DNA of 64,000 nucleotides from an uncultured delta proteobacterium (GTDB lineage Bacteria > Desulfobacterota > Binatia > Binatales > Binataceae): assembly GCA_963789115.1 (NCBI GenBank), contig CAWBJH010000001.1:1225419-1289418 (forward strand). Direction: 5' to 3'. The notes below the pieces were generated by a model, which did no database searches, had not been told where the DNA came from, and saw only the letters and a program-made list of their open reading frames with translations. A program made the translations under genes and the position numbers. Below, piece by piece: positions 43,042-52,308 of the stretch. Position 1 is the stretch's first letter, and the number at the start of each line of letters is the position of its first letter.

Positions 43042-43620
43042 CTAGGACTTCTCCACCTGCACGAAATCCAGCTCGACCGGCGTGGCACGCCCGAAGATCG
43101 AGATCAGCACGCGCACCTTGCCCTTCTCGGGCCGCACTTCCTCGACCGTGCCGTTGAAATCCTGAAATGGCCCGTCTATCACCTTGATCGCCTCGCCCAC
43201 CTCGAACAGCACCTTGGGCTTGGGGCGCAGCGCCCCTTCCTGCATCTGCTGCGTGATTTCACGGACCTCTTTTTCCGGCACTTCGGGCGGATTGGTCGAA
43301 TGGCCGACGAAACCGGTTATCTTGGGTGTGTTCTTGATCACATGCCAGGTTTCTTCGTCGAGCTCCATGCTGACGAAGATGTAACCCGGGAAGAACTTGC
43401 GGCTGGAAATCTTGCGCTGGCCACCTCGGCCCAGCTCCTGAACACGTTCGGTCGGCACCAGGATGTCGCCAATCTTCTGCTCGAGCTTGAGCGCCTTGAC
43501 CCGTTCTTCGAGCGCAGCCTTGGCCTTGTGCTCGCAGCCCGAATAAGTATGGACAACGTACCACTTCTTGCCGCCCGTCGCGGGCGCAGGTTTGGCCGTC
43601 GTACCCGCCGACTCTGTCAT
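43042..43620 (-). CDS. nusG: Transcription termination/antitermination factor NusG
   Basis: ...KKWYVVHTYSGCEHKAKAAL... NGN domain with a C-terminal KOW. Confidence 0.93.
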   Translation of the reverse strand: MTESAGTTAKPAPATGGKKWYVVHTYSGCEHKAKAALEERVKALKLEQKIGDILVPTERVQELGRGGQRKISSRKFFPGYIFVSMELDEETWHVIKNTPKITGFVGHSTNPPEVPEKEVREITQQMQEGALRPKPKVLFEVGEAIKVIDGPFQDFNGTVEEVRPEKGKVRVLISIFGRATPVELDFVQVEKS

Positions 43621-43749
43621 GGCGTCTTTCGATGCGGCTGCCCGCCCGCGGTTGCCTGCCTGACCGTTGCCGCCACCGCTGCCGGCATCCGTGCTATGCT
43701 CTTCACTCAGAATTTTCTTGCCCCTGCCGGCCTTCCCAGCCGCGCGCGA

Positions 43750-43953
43750 TCAGCCGAGCAGCTCGCGCACGACCCTTGTGGCCGCCAGATCGATAAGTCC
43801 GAGCCACAGCGCCATCACGAGCGTGAGAACCACCACCACGGTGGTCGCCTGCACGGTCTCCTTGGGCGAGGGGAAGTGGACTTTCGAGAGCTCCACCCAG
43901 CTTTCCTGGACGAAGCTTACGCCCTGCTCGAGGTAACTTTTCAGTTTATTCAT
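43750..43953 (-). CDS. secE: Preprotein translocase subunit SecE
   Basis: 67 aa with one TM helix. Sits upstream of nusG. Confidence 0.85.
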   Translation of the reverse strand: MNKLKSYLEQGVSFVQESWVELSKVHFPSPKETVQATTVVVVLTLVMALWLGLIDLAATRVVRELLG

Positions 43954-44014
43954 TTCCGAACACCAATGCCAGACCCTCGTAAGGCCCGTTTTGCTTTGCT
44001 TTTCGCTGCTTGTA

Positions 44015-44091
44015 TGGCGGGTCAGGCAGGATTCGAACCTGCAGCCCCCGGATTTGGAGTCCGATGCTCTGCCAATTAGAGCTACTGACCC
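44015..44091 (-). tRNA. tRNA-Trp (anticodon CCA)
   Basis: Manual fold gives GGGTCAGTAGCTCTAATTGGCAGAGCATCGGACTCCAAATCCGGGGGCTGCAGGTTCGAATCCTGCCTGACCCGCCA. Canonical location between rpmG and secE. Confidence 0.9.
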
Positions 44092-44181
44092 TGATTCTCA
44101 ATGCCCGCCGGCGCCGCTCCCCGGACTGCCCACCTGCGGGCTTGCCGCCTCCGGGGGTGCGGAGATTTACCCTCGGCTCGC

Positions 44182-44337
44182 TAGCCGACCTTTACTTCCT
44201 TGTGCAACGTGTGCACGCGGCAGCTCGGACAAAACTTCTTGATCGAGAACTTCTCCGTCTGGCGCTTCTTGTTCTTGGTGGTGTTGTAGTTGCGCCGCTT
44301 GCAGCTGTCACACGCCAATCCGATAAGGTCCCTCATG
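44182..44337 (-). CDS. rpmG: 50S ribosomal protein L33 (zinc-ribbon type)
   Basis: Manual translation gives MRDLIGLACDSCKRRNYNTTKNKKRQTEKFSIKKFCPSCRVHTLHKEVKVG. Below the ORF-track size cutoff. Coordinates are +/-1. Confidence 0.85.
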
Positions 44338-44508
44338 AATCTTTTTCACCTATCGGGCACGAGCCGCGAATCGCACCCGCGTTCCTGTCGTGGCCATCGA
44401 AAATCTTCGCCTCGCATGCTTCTCTCACCAATCCGGCGCGAGCGGACGACATGTCGCGATCCGCTCGTTGTCAAAGGTCGTTACCCCGCATGCCGGCCTG
44501 GCTAAGTA

Positions 44509-44581
44509 AGCCCACGACGGGAATCGAACCCGTGACCTCTTCCTTACCAAGGAAGTGCTCTTCCGACTGAGCTACATGGGC
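44509..44581 (-). tRNA. tRNA-Thr (anticodon GGT)
   Basis: GCCCATGTAGCTCAGTCGGAAGAGCACTTCCTTGGTAAGGAAGAGGTCACGGGTTCGATTCCCGTCGTGGGCT. Cloverleaf checked by hand. Confidence 0.9.
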
Positions 44582-44625
44582 ATACGTTTCTGTCGTGCGC
44601 AAACTCGCGCTCGTCGCCGGCATTC

Positions 44626-44701
44626 TGGAGCGGGAAACGGGACTCGAACCCGCGACCCCGAGCTTGGAAGGCTCGCGCTCTACCAACTGAGCTATTCCCG
44701 C
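44626..44701 (-). tRNA. tRNA-Gly (anticodon TCC)
   Basis: GCGGGAATAGCTCAGTTGGTAGAGCGCGAGCCTTCCAAGCTCGGGGTCGCGGGTTCGAGTCCCGTTTCCCGCTCCA. Confidence 0.9.
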
Positions 44702-44722
44702 TCTCCCTCTTCCGGCGCCAAA

Positions 44723-44808
44723 TGGTGGAGAGGGGAGGATTCGAACCTCCGAAGGCATAAGCCGGCAGATTTACAGTCTGCTCCCTTTGGCCGCTCGGGA
44801 ACCTCTCC
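44723..44808 (-). tRNA. tRNA-Tyr (anticodon GTA), class II with long variable arm
   Basis: GGAGAGGTTCCCGAGCGGCCAAAGGGAGCAGACTGTAAATCTGCCGGCTTATGCCTTCGGAGGTTCGAATCCTCCCCTCTCCACCA. Confidence 0.9.
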
Positions 44809-44828
44809 CCAAGCTTTCCGTCGCGACA

Positions 44829-44901
44829 AGCCGATGGCCGGAATCGAACCGGCAACCTACTGATTACAAGTCAGTTGCTCTTCCGATTGAGCTACATCGG
44901 C
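44829..44901 (-). tRNA. tRNA-Thr (anticodon TGT)
   Basis: GCCGATGTAGCTCAATCGGAAGAGCAACTGACTTGTAATCAGTAGGTTGCCGGTTCGATTCCGGCCATCGGCT. Confidence 0.9.
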
Positions 44902-44918
44902 GAAGATTAAAAGTCCTT

Positions 44919-44947
44919 TATTATCGCCCTTAGGCGGTCTCAAGCAA
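44919..44947 (-). promoter_or_regulatory. Candidate sigma70 promoter for the tRNA cluster
   Basis: Minus strand: TTGCTT (-35), 17 nt, ATAATA (-10), ~18 nt upstream of the tRNA-Thr(TGT) 5' end. Confidence 0.35.
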
Positions 44948-45119
44948 GCCCCGTTCCGACACCGCAAGGGTCGTCCCCCCCCCCAAGGAGACTCTTGCCG
45001 CGCGGCAAGCGCGCTGCACGGAGGCCCCGCGGGGTCGATTGAAGAATACCCGCTCCCATTGCCTGACTGAAGGGCTCGGAGACGACGCAGGCGCAACTCG
45101 CAAGCTGCCGTGTGTCGGC

Positions 45120-45962
45120 TCAGGAAGGTGTCGCCCTTCTCCTCGCAACCTCGAACAGCGCGACTGCGGTGGCGACCGACACGTTGAGCGAGCCGATCCG
45201 TCCGCGCATTGGGATGCTTACCACGAAGTCGGCGGTCTTCCTGACCAGCTCGCGCACGCCCCGCTCCTCCGAGCCGACCACGATCGCCAATCGCCGCGAC
45301 ACATCCAGCTCGTAGAGCGAAGTCTTTCCGCCCGGCGCAAGCGCCGCGATCCAGTAGCCGTCCTCCTTCAACCCGCGCAGCAGGTTCGCCACGTTGCCGC
45401 ATCGAGCGATCCGAAGATGGATCCACGCGCCGGCCGAGGCCTTGATCGCCGCCGGCGTCACCGGTGCCGTGCGATCGCGTGCGATAATCACGGCGCGCGC
45501 GCCTGAGCCTTCGGCCGAGCGCAGGATGGCGCCCAGGTTGCGCGGGTCGGTCACACCGTCTACCACCAGGAGCGGATCGTGTTTCTCAGCGAGCAGCTCT
45601 TCGAGCGGCGTGTAATTGTACGGGCGGGTCTGCGCGACGATTCCCTGATGGCGCGCCGACGGCCCCACGACTCGCGCCAGCTCCGCGTCATCGGCCGTGC
45701 GGACCTGCCCCCCGCTGGCCCGTACGCGCCGGATTTCCTCTTCGAATCGGCGCTGCTCGCGATCCTTCACGTACAGGATACGGATCACTCCGGGCGCCGC
45801 CGCGATCAGCTCGCGCACCGGCTCGACTCCATACACCAGCTCGCGCTCCTTGGATCGCTCGCGATACCCTTCGCGCCCGCCCTCGACCCAACCTCGATGC
45901 GGCGCGGGCTCGGCGCGGCGGCGCTCCTCTCCTCCCCTTCTTCCCGGTCGCTCCCGATCCAT
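45120..45962 (-). CDS. rlmB: TrmH/SpoU-family 23S rRNA 2'-O-methyltransferase (RlmB-like)
   Basis: Has the SpoU_sub_bind N-domain and a SPOUT fold (...LVVDGVTDPRNLGAILRSAEGSGA...IVVGSEERGVR...IPMRGRIGSLNVSVA). Also has an Arg/Glu-rich N-terminal extension. Confidence 0.8.
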   Translation of the reverse strand: MDRERPGRRGGEERRRAEPAPHRGWVEGGREGYRERSKERELVYGVEPVRELIAAAPGVIRILYVKDREQRRFEEEIRRVRASGGQVRTADDAELARVVGPSARHQGIVAQTRPYNYTPLEELLAEKHDPLLVVDGVTDPRNLGAILRSAEGSGARAVIIARDRTAPVTPAAIKASAGAWIHLRIARCGNVANLLRGLKEDGYWIAALAPGGKTSLYELDVSRRLAIVVGSEERGVRELVRKTADFVVSIPMRGRIGSLNVSVATAVALFEVARRRATPS

Positions 45963-46133
45963 GGTTGGAGATGATATCGCGATTTGCCCCAGCTATGCTC
46001 GCCCTTCAGCAAACCGGGTGCGACCACGGAGCGGCGGCGCCTTGGGTTGGCGAGAACCGCGTTTACATCGCGGCGCGGCCGGGCCTAAACTGCTCTGGAC
46101 TGACTCACGCCGCATCACTGCACCCGCGCCGGT

Positions 46134-47309
46134 ATGCGCAAGCTCAACCGCATAATCGACCGCTACGTCATGCGCGAAGTTGCCGGGCCGTTCGCGCTCG
46201 GCGTTGGCCTACTCACCTTCGCGCTGGTGGCCGGGCGCCTGCTCAAGCTGACCGAGATGGTCGTCAATCATGGCGTCACGCTCTCGGAGGTGCTCGGGCT
46301 GGTCGGGTACATCATGCCCGGTTTCCTGGAGCTGAGTTTCCCGATGGCGGTGCTGCTCGGGGTGCTGCTCGGCTTCGGCAGGATGTCGAATGACCAGGAG
46401 CTGACCGCGGCGCGGGCCTGCGGGATCAGCCTGTATCGGCTGGCGATGCCCGCCATTGGGCTCGCGATTGTGGTATGGGCAGTTTCGAGCTGGTTCGCCT
46501 TTGACGTCAGACCATGGGCCAACGCGAGGCTGCGAATGCAGCTCTACGCGCTCACGCGTACGCGCACCACCGCCGGTCTTCAGGAAAAGGTCTTCAACCG
46601 CAGCCTGCCCGGGCTGGTGGTTTACGTCGATCGGGTTGGGCCTTCCGATTCGAGTCTGAGCGGGGTGCTGATCTCGGACGAGCGCGATCCGCTCGAGCCC
46701 AACGCCATCGTCGCGCGCTCGGGGTTCCTGTTTCCGAACGCGAACAAAAAAAACGTCACGCTGCGGCTGTTCGACGGCTCGGTGTTTGGCCAGGACACCG
46801 AGAAGAACGCCTCGCACGTCACCAGCTTCAAGGTCTACGATTTGACCATCCGGCCTGAGGACCTCGGGATCATCGAGCACGATCCGGAGGAGATGCCGAT
46901 CGGCGAGTTGCGGCGCACGATCGCGAAGGGCCGTGCCGGCGGCCATCCCAACTACGAGGCCGAGGCCGAATTGGCGCGCAAGTACACGATTCCGTTCGCC
47001 ACCGTGCTGTTCGCGCTGCTGGGGGTCTCGCTGGGACTCAAGCCGGCGCGCGGCGGACAATCCGAGCGCTTCGGGATGAGCGTGGCGCTGTTCTTCCTCT
47101 ACTACGCGCTGATGCGGGTGGGCCAAGCGCTGGCCGAGCGTGGCAAGCTCGACGCCCTGCTCGCGATGAGCATCCCGGATGTCGCCTTCACCATCCTGGC
47201 GCTGTGGCTCTTCTACCGCAGCGCCACCGACCGCGGGGACCAGGGCCGCGGCCCCGGCGACGTGTTCTGGGATCTGGTCGAGCGGCTCGAGCGCAAGCAG
47301 GCGGCGTGA
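46134..47309 (+). CDS. lptF: LPS export ABC transporter permease LptF
   Basis: 391 aa with the YjgP/YjgQ permease family architecture (6 TM plus a periplasmic beta-jellyroll). Coupled to lptG. Confidence 0.85.
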   Translation: MRKLNRIIDRYVMREVAGPFALGVGLLTFALVAGRLLKLTEMVVNHGVTLSEVLGLVGYIMPGFLELSFPMAVLLGVLLGFGRMSNDQELTAARACGISLYRLAMPAIGLAIVVWAVSSWFAFDVRPWANARLRMQLYALTRTRTTAGLQEKVFNRSLPGLVVYVDRVGPSDSSLSGVLISDERDPLEPNAIVARSGFLFPNANKKNVTLRLFDGSVFGQDTEKNASHVTSFKVYDLTIRPEDLGIIEHDPEEMPIGELRRTIAKGRAGGHPNYEAEAELARKYTIPFATVLFALLGVSLGLKPARGGQSERFGMSVALFFLYYALMRVGQALAERGKLDALLAMSIPDVAFTILALWLFYRSATDRGDQGRGPGDVFWDLVERLERKQAA

Positions 47310-48406
47310 TGGTGCGCGGGCGACTCTCCCCCACTATCGATCGCTTTCTCGCGCGCGGCTTCTTCGAGCCGTTCGTCGTCTCTCTAATCGGCTTCACCGC
47401 GGTCTCCCTGCTCGGAGACGTCTTCGAGCGTTTCGATGACCTGGTGCGTTACGGCGGCTTCGGACTGCTCGGGCTCGAGTACTTCGCGCTCAAGCTGCCG
47501 CTAATGATCACGCAGATGCTGCCGGCAGCGTGCCTGGCGGGAGTCCTGCTCGGCTTCGCGCTGCTCAATCGCAACGGCGAGGTGCTGGCCTGCCAGCAGT
47601 TGGGGATCAGCCGGCTCGAGATGGCGGTGCCGGTGCTGATGGTCGCGGTCCTGATCTCGATCGCCGACTTCGTCTTCACCGAGACGATCGTGCCGCTCGC
47701 CACGCGCCAGGCGCGCTATCTCTACAATGTCGATCTCAAGAAGCGAAAGATCGCCGGTGTCTTCGCCAATCGCAACATCTGGGTGCGCGTGCGCGACGGC
47801 TTCCTGTGCGCCGATGCCTACGACGCGCGCTCCAATCTGCTGAAGGGCGTGACGCTCTACCAGATCGGACCTGACTACAGCATCCGCGATATCGTGCACG
47901 CCCGCCACGCTTGGTGGGACGGCAAATCATGGCGGCCCGAGGGGGTTTCGCGGCTGCACCTAGGGCCTGGCGGCGAAGTCACCGCAGCCGACGCGGACGG
48001 GCTCAGGATCGACGTCAAGCCCAGCGACTTCGGGATGCTGCGGCTGGACCCCGAGGAGTTCAGCCTGTGGGAGCTCAACCGTTACATCCACGGCCTGCGC
48101 CGCAAAGGGCTCGACCCAGGCGGCTACGTCGTCGACCGCGACCTGAAGTACACCACGCCACCCGCCTGCCTGATTATGGTGGCGCTCGGCGTCGGGCTGA
48201 GCCTCGATCCGCTGCCGCGCCGCCTGAGCCTGGGCCGCAGCTTTGGGCTGGCGATCGGAATCGGCTTTGGCTACTGGCTGATGCTCGGCCTCACGGCCTC
48301 GCTCGGGCGCTCGGGGCTGATCCCGGCGCCGGTCGCCGCGCTGATTCCCGATCTCACCTTCGGCGCCATCGCGCTCGGCATCTTCCTGTTCGGCGAAGAG
48401 CGCTGA
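47309..48406 (+). CDS. lptG: LPS export ABC transporter permease LptG
   Basis: YjgP/YjgQ family. The start at MVRGRLSPTIDRF overlaps the lptF stop (TGATG). Confidence 0.85.
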   Translation: MVRGRLSPTIDRFLARGFFEPFVVSLIGFTAVSLLGDVFERFDDLVRYGGFGLLGLEYFALKLPLMITQMLPAACLAGVLLGFALLNRNGEVLACQQLGISRLEMAVPVLMVAVLISIADFVFTETIVPLATRQARYLYNVDLKKRKIAGVFANRNIWVRVRDGFLCADAYDARSNLLKGVTLYQIGPDYSIRDIVHARHAWWDGKSWRPEGVSRLHLGPGGEVTAADADGLRIDVKPSDFGMLRLDPEEFSLWELNRYIHGLRRKGLDPGGYVVDRDLKYTTPPACLIMVALGVGLSLDPLPRRLSLGRSFGLAIGIGFGYWLMLGLTASLGRSGLIPAPVAALIPDLTFGAIALGIFLFGEER

Positions 48407-48461
48407 GCGCCCGCAGTTCCCCGCTTGAGCGGGCCGGATCGCCGAAGCTAGCATCGAGACT

Positions 48462-49511
48462 GTGCCCGCCCTCGATACGATCGTCCTGCCTGAATGCGAC
48501 CCGCCGCTATTGCTCGGACTAGAGCTCCACTTCCTCGCGGCAATGCACGCCGGGCGATCTCTCCCGGTGCTTATCGTTTACGCGCTCCCCGGCCACCTCA
48601 TCTCGATCGGCCGCTACCATCTATATGGCGGTCCCGAGCGGCGCGGCGGCGTCCGAGCCCTGCGCAGGCTGACCGGAGGACGAATCGTCGGCGCGGGCCA
48701 GGGGTGGGTCGGGACTGCGCTGTTGCTTCCCGGTTGGAGCGCTCTGCCGGCCGCACGCGGTTTGCCGCTCAAGCCGGACCAGATCATGAACCGATGCGTG
48801 CGCGGCGCGCTCGCCGCGCTACGCACGATGGGCCTGGATTGCTTGTACCCGGGGCGCGACGCGGTCACCGTCGAACGCCGCGAAATCGCGATCTGCTCGT
48901 TCGAGACCGATGCGTCGAGCGCCCTGCTCTTCGAGCTGATGCTCGCGGTGGGGCGCGGGATGGAAGACCTGGTCCACGACCTGGAACGCTTCGACCCCGA
49001 CGGGGCGCTGGTTTCCCCGATGTACGGTCCCGAAGTGGCGACCAATGTCGCGCGCGAGCTCAAGCGTGAAGCAAGCTTCGCCGAAGTGGCGGACGCGCTC
49101 GCGCGCGGATACGCATCGATGCTCGGCGAGGTCGAGCCGCGCCGGCTTAACCCCGCCGAGCGTACCGACGCCGAGCGGCGCGGCGCCGAGCTGGCGGCGA
49201 GCGGATGGCTCAACACGCGCAAGCTGGACCCGGCGCTCGACAAAGCCAGCCGTAGCGGCTCGCAACTCGGGTTCATCGAAGCGCATCTCAAGCTCGCCGG
49301 CGGCGCCGCGATCGAGCGCATAACGCTGTCGGGCGACTTTATCGCCAATTCCCCCGGTCTCGCCCGCTTCGAGCGCGAGCTGGTCGGTATGCCGCTCGAC
49401 CTTGCCTCGGTCTCGGATGCCGCGATGCGAGTCTTCGGCGACGGCTCGAATTACATCCTCGGGGTGGGCGAGCTGGTTAATCTCGTGAAGCTCGTGATGA
49501 GGGCAACTTGA
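48462..49511 (+). CDS. Lipoate-protein ligase / octanoyltransferase family protein (BPL/LPL catalytic-domain-like)
   Basis: 349 aa with an LplA/LipB-like N-terminal fold. The call rests on composition and motif layout only. The position equivalent to the catalytic Lys appears to be occupied by Arg (GGRIVGAG). Confidence 0.5.
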   Translation: MPALDTIVLPECDPPLLLGLELHFLAAMHAGRSLPVLIVYALPGHLISIGRYHLYGGPERRGGVRALRRLTGGRIVGAGQGWVGTALLLPGWSALPAARGLPLKPDQIMNRCVRGALAALRTMGLDCLYPGRDAVTVERREIAICSFETDASSALLFELMLAVGRGMEDLVHDLERFDPDGALVSPMYGPEVATNVARELKREASFAEVADALARGYASMLGEVEPRRLNPAERTDAERRGAELAASGWLNTRKLDPALDKASRSGSQLGFIEAHLKLAGGAAIERITLSGDFIANSPGLARFERELVGMPLDLASVSDAAMRVFGDGSNYILGVGELVNLVKLVMRAT

Positions 49512-50356
49512 GCGAAGCTGCCAGGGACGATCGTCTCGCGAGCGCGCTCTGCGCCGGCGACCCGCAGACCCGCCTCGGCGCCATCGCCGAGGTACTTGGC
49601 AACCCCGCGGCGCGGTTGTCCCATCTCGCGCTGGCCGCGCTGGTGGGATGCCTCGGCGCGGAGCACAAGGCCGTCCAGCGCCGCGCGGTGGACGCGATAG
49701 CCGCGCTCGCCGGCCACGACTATCGAGTCGTCGAGGCGTTGCGAGCTGCGCTGGATGGGGACAATCCACGCGCGCGATGGGGCGCCGCGTACACGTTAGG
49801 CACGTTAGGCACGTTGGGCACGTTAGGAATGATCGGCGGCGCGCTCGACATCCCCGCGCGCAACGCGCTGCTGGAGGCACTCGCCGATTCCGACGGGGAC
49901 GTGCGATGGGCCGCGGCGGACCTGCTCGTGCGGCTCGGCGGCGAAAACCCCGACCCAGTGCGCCGCGCCCTGCTCACGCTGGGGAGCCATCGCGATCGCA
50001 ACGCGCGCAAGATGGCGATCTACTGCCTGCGCGACCTGAAACTCGCCGACCCCGAGGTGCGTGCGGCCGTCGAACACGCCGGCGCAAGCCCGGAGCCCGA
50101 CGTACGGCTGGCCGTGCTCTCCCTGCTCGCGCACCTGCCGGACGCCGACGACCAAGCGCGCCGGATCGCGATGCGGTGTCTCGAATCCGATCCCGACCCG
50201 GGCGTGCGGCGCGCCGCCGCGAGCGCGCTGGGCAGGATGGGCGATCGCTCCACGGCGGCTCGTGAAGCGCTGCATCGCGCCGCGGCTCACACCGGCGACG
50301 CCGCGCTGGTCAAGGCAGCGCGCCAGGCGCTCGGCAAGCTGGAGCGTCCACGATGA
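49508..50356 (+). CDS. HEAT-repeat (PBS-lyase-like) protein
   Basis: Repeated ...DxDxxVRxxAAxALGxxG... units characteristic of HEAT_2/PBS lyase repeats. Contains an in-frame TLG x4 tandem repeat. Confidence 0.75.
   Translation: MSEAARDDRLASALCAGDPQTRLGAIAEVLGNPAARLSHLALAALVGCLGAEHKAVQRRAVDAIAALAGHDYRVVEALRAALDGDNPRARWGAAYTLGTLGTLGTLGMIGGALDIPARNALLEALADSDGDVRWAAADLLVRLGGENPDPVRRALLTLGSHRDRNARKMAIYCLRDLKLADPEVRAAVEHAGASPEPDVRLAVLSLLAHLPDADDQARRIAMRCLESDPDPGVRRAAASALGRMGDRSTAAREALHRAAAHTGDAALVKAARQALGKLERPR
49792..49827 (+). repeat. 9-bp tandem repeat x4 (cacgttagg) inside the HEAT-repeat CDS
   Basis: cacgttagg cacgttagg cacgttggg cacgttagg encodes TLGTLGTLGTLG. Confidence 0.85.
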
Positions 50357-50832
50357 CCGCCAGCGGCCGGACGCCGGCGCTGACTCAGGGCGCGGTCCGC
50401 GACTTTATCGCCGCCGCCCGCGTCGCCCATCTGGCGACCTCCGATTTGAAGGGCGCCCCGCACGCGATTCCGATCTGCTTCTGGTTCGATGGCGCGCGCT
50501 TCTACTTCGTAATCGACGAGAAGCCCAAGCGCCTCACCGGCACCGGGCTCAAGCGGATGCGCAACCTCGCGCAAAACCCTCAAGTCGCGCTGCTGATCGA
50601 CCATTACGAGGAGGACTGGGCGCATCTCGCTTACATTCTGATCCACGGCCTCGGCTCCGTGGTCGAGGATCCCGAGGAGTACCTGCTTGCGCTGCGCGGC
50701 CTGCGCGACAAATATCCGCAATACCGCGCGATGGCCCTGAGCTACGAGCGCAACCCGATTGTGCGCGTAGACCCCGAGCGCGTCCACGTATGGGGTGCGC
50801 GCTTCGGCGCGACGCCGGGCGCAAAGCAATGA
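50353..50832 (+). CDS. PPOX-class F420-dependent / pyridoxamine 5'-phosphate oxidase family protein
   Basis: 159 aa with the split-barrel FMN/F420-binding family pattern (...VAHLATSDLKGAPHAIPICFWFDGARFYFVIDEKPKR...). Confidence 0.7.
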   Translation: MTASGRTPALTQGAVRDFIAAARVAHLATSDLKGAPHAIPICFWFDGARFYFVIDEKPKRLTGTGLKRMRNLAQNPQVALLIDHYEEDWAHLAYILIHGLGSVVEDPEEYLLALRGLRDKYPQYRAMALSYERNPIVRVDPERVHVWGARFGATPGAKQ

Positions 50833-50921
50833 GCCGGGTCGAGGAAATAAGCCACGCGCTTTCGACGAGGGAGAGCTTTGCAAAACTGGGGCCCTCTCAG
50901 TCCCCCCTCTCCCACATCTTT

Positions 50922-52308
50922 TGTACGGACGGGAGACATAGGTAACAGGTGTACGGAGACATGGGTAACACATTTTGGGTGGCCGTGGGTTGCCCACAAG
51001 GTCCACAGGCGCTGGGATCGAATGAAGGATCCCGCCTGTGGACTTGTGGACAACCCACGGTGAAACGTTAGTCGGTGGCATCGGTGAGATTGGTTTGATT
51101 GAGGTCGATCACAGCGACCACTTGATGACAGAACAGCACCTCACGTTGGGAGTCGGAAAGGGGGCCAGGACGGAGCGCAACCGGCAAGCCGCGCAGCCCC
51201 TTGCTGACCCGGAACTCGCGTCCGCGATAGCTGAAGTAGCCCTCGGCCTGCACCTTGCGCACCTCGAGGCCGGCCGGATATTCGATCGGCGGCAGGTGCT
51301 CGGGGAAGGGGATCGAACTGGGGCGATAGCGGCTGGCAGGAGTGGCCAGCCCGAGCGCGTCATGTGGGCGCAGCAGGTTGTAGCGGTCGCGAAAGCGGTC
51401 GAACTCGCGCTGGCAATGGTCGAGGTCGGTGAAGTTGAAGTGGCGCAAGAGTTCGAACCGCAAGGTGCGATGGAAGCGTTCATCTTTGCCCTGGGTCTGG
51501 GGATGGCAGGGACGCCCGTGGATGACTTTGATCCCCAGCCGGATCAGCCACAGGCCGAGCCGGGTGTAGGGATGCTCGCGGCCGCCCCACGGCCCGCCGT
51601 TGTCCATCAACATCGCGGCCGGTAAGCCGTAGCGGCGGAAGACCACGGTCAACGCCGCGCGCACGGTGTCGCCAAGCTCATCGGCACAGGCCTGCAACGC
51701 CAGGGAGAAGCGCGAATGGTCGTCGAGTGCGGTCAGCGGATGGCAGCGCGCGTTGGAAAGCAGCGCGAAGTGGCCCTTGAAATCCATCTGCCACAAGTGA
51801 TTAGGCCCGCTGCGTTCGAAGCGTTGCCAGGGAGTAGCTGCGGCGGCCAGCTCGGGGTTGAGCAAGCCGGCGCGGCGCAGGATGCCGGTCACGGTACTGG
51901 GCGCCAAGTGCGGCCCGCCTTGGCCGAGCAGTTGACGGGACAACTTGCGGCCGCCCCAGCAGTTGCGCGACTGCGCCCGCAGCCGAATTACTTCCTGCTC
52001 AATCCCGGCTGCGGTGCGCGCCGGGCTGCGCCGCGGGCGGCGCGAGCGGTCTTTAAGTCCGCTCGGCCCTTCCCGCCTATGGCGCGCGAGCCACTTGTAG
52101 CCGGTCTTGGCCGAAATCCCGAAGCGCCGGCACAACTCACGCCGATTGCTTCCCGCTTGCATCGCCAGTTGCACGAACTCCTCCCGCAACGACACTCGAG
52201 TAACCTCCCGCCACGGCATCCCGGTCACCTCCTGGTGGAGGTCCAGCATGCCGGTTAGGTGTTACCCATGTCCTCGCACACCTGTTACCCATGTCCCGCG
52301 CACAAACA
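50922..52308 (-). mobile_element. IS481-family insertion sequence (1387 bp) with imperfect ~50-bp terminal IRs and a 7-bp target duplication (catcttt)
   Basis: The ends read TGTACGGACGGGAGACAT... and ...ATGTCCCGCGCACAAACA, with an internal gacatgggtaacac duplication in each IR. Direct repeat catcttt is at 50915-50921 and 52309-52315. Confidence 0.8.
51068..52249 (-). CDS. IS481-family DDE transposase (integrase core / rve domain)
   Basis: 393 aa with an N-terminal HTH (...RELCRRFGISAKTGYKWLARHR...) and a DDE core (...HLWQMDFKG...LMDNGGPWGG...HPQTQGKDERFHRTL...). Confidence 0.9.
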   Translation of the reverse strand: MLDLHQEVTGMPWREVTRVSLREEFVQLAMQAGSNRRELCRRFGISAKTGYKWLARHRREGPSGLKDRSRRPRRSPARTAAGIEQEVIRLRAQSRNCWGGRKLSRQLLGQGGPHLAPSTVTGILRRAGLLNPELAAAATPWQRFERSGPNHLWQMDFKGHFALLSNARCHPLTALDDHSRFSLALQACADELGDTVRAALTVVFRRYGLPAAMLMDNGGPWGGREHPYTRLGLWLIRLGIKVIHGRPCHPQTQGKDERFHRTLRFELLRHFNFTDLDHCQREFDRFRDRYNLLRPHDALGLATPASRYRPSSIPFPEHLPPIEYPAGLEVRKVQAEGYFSYRGREFRVSKGLRGLPVALRPGPLSDSQREVLFCHQVVAVIDLNQTNLTDATD

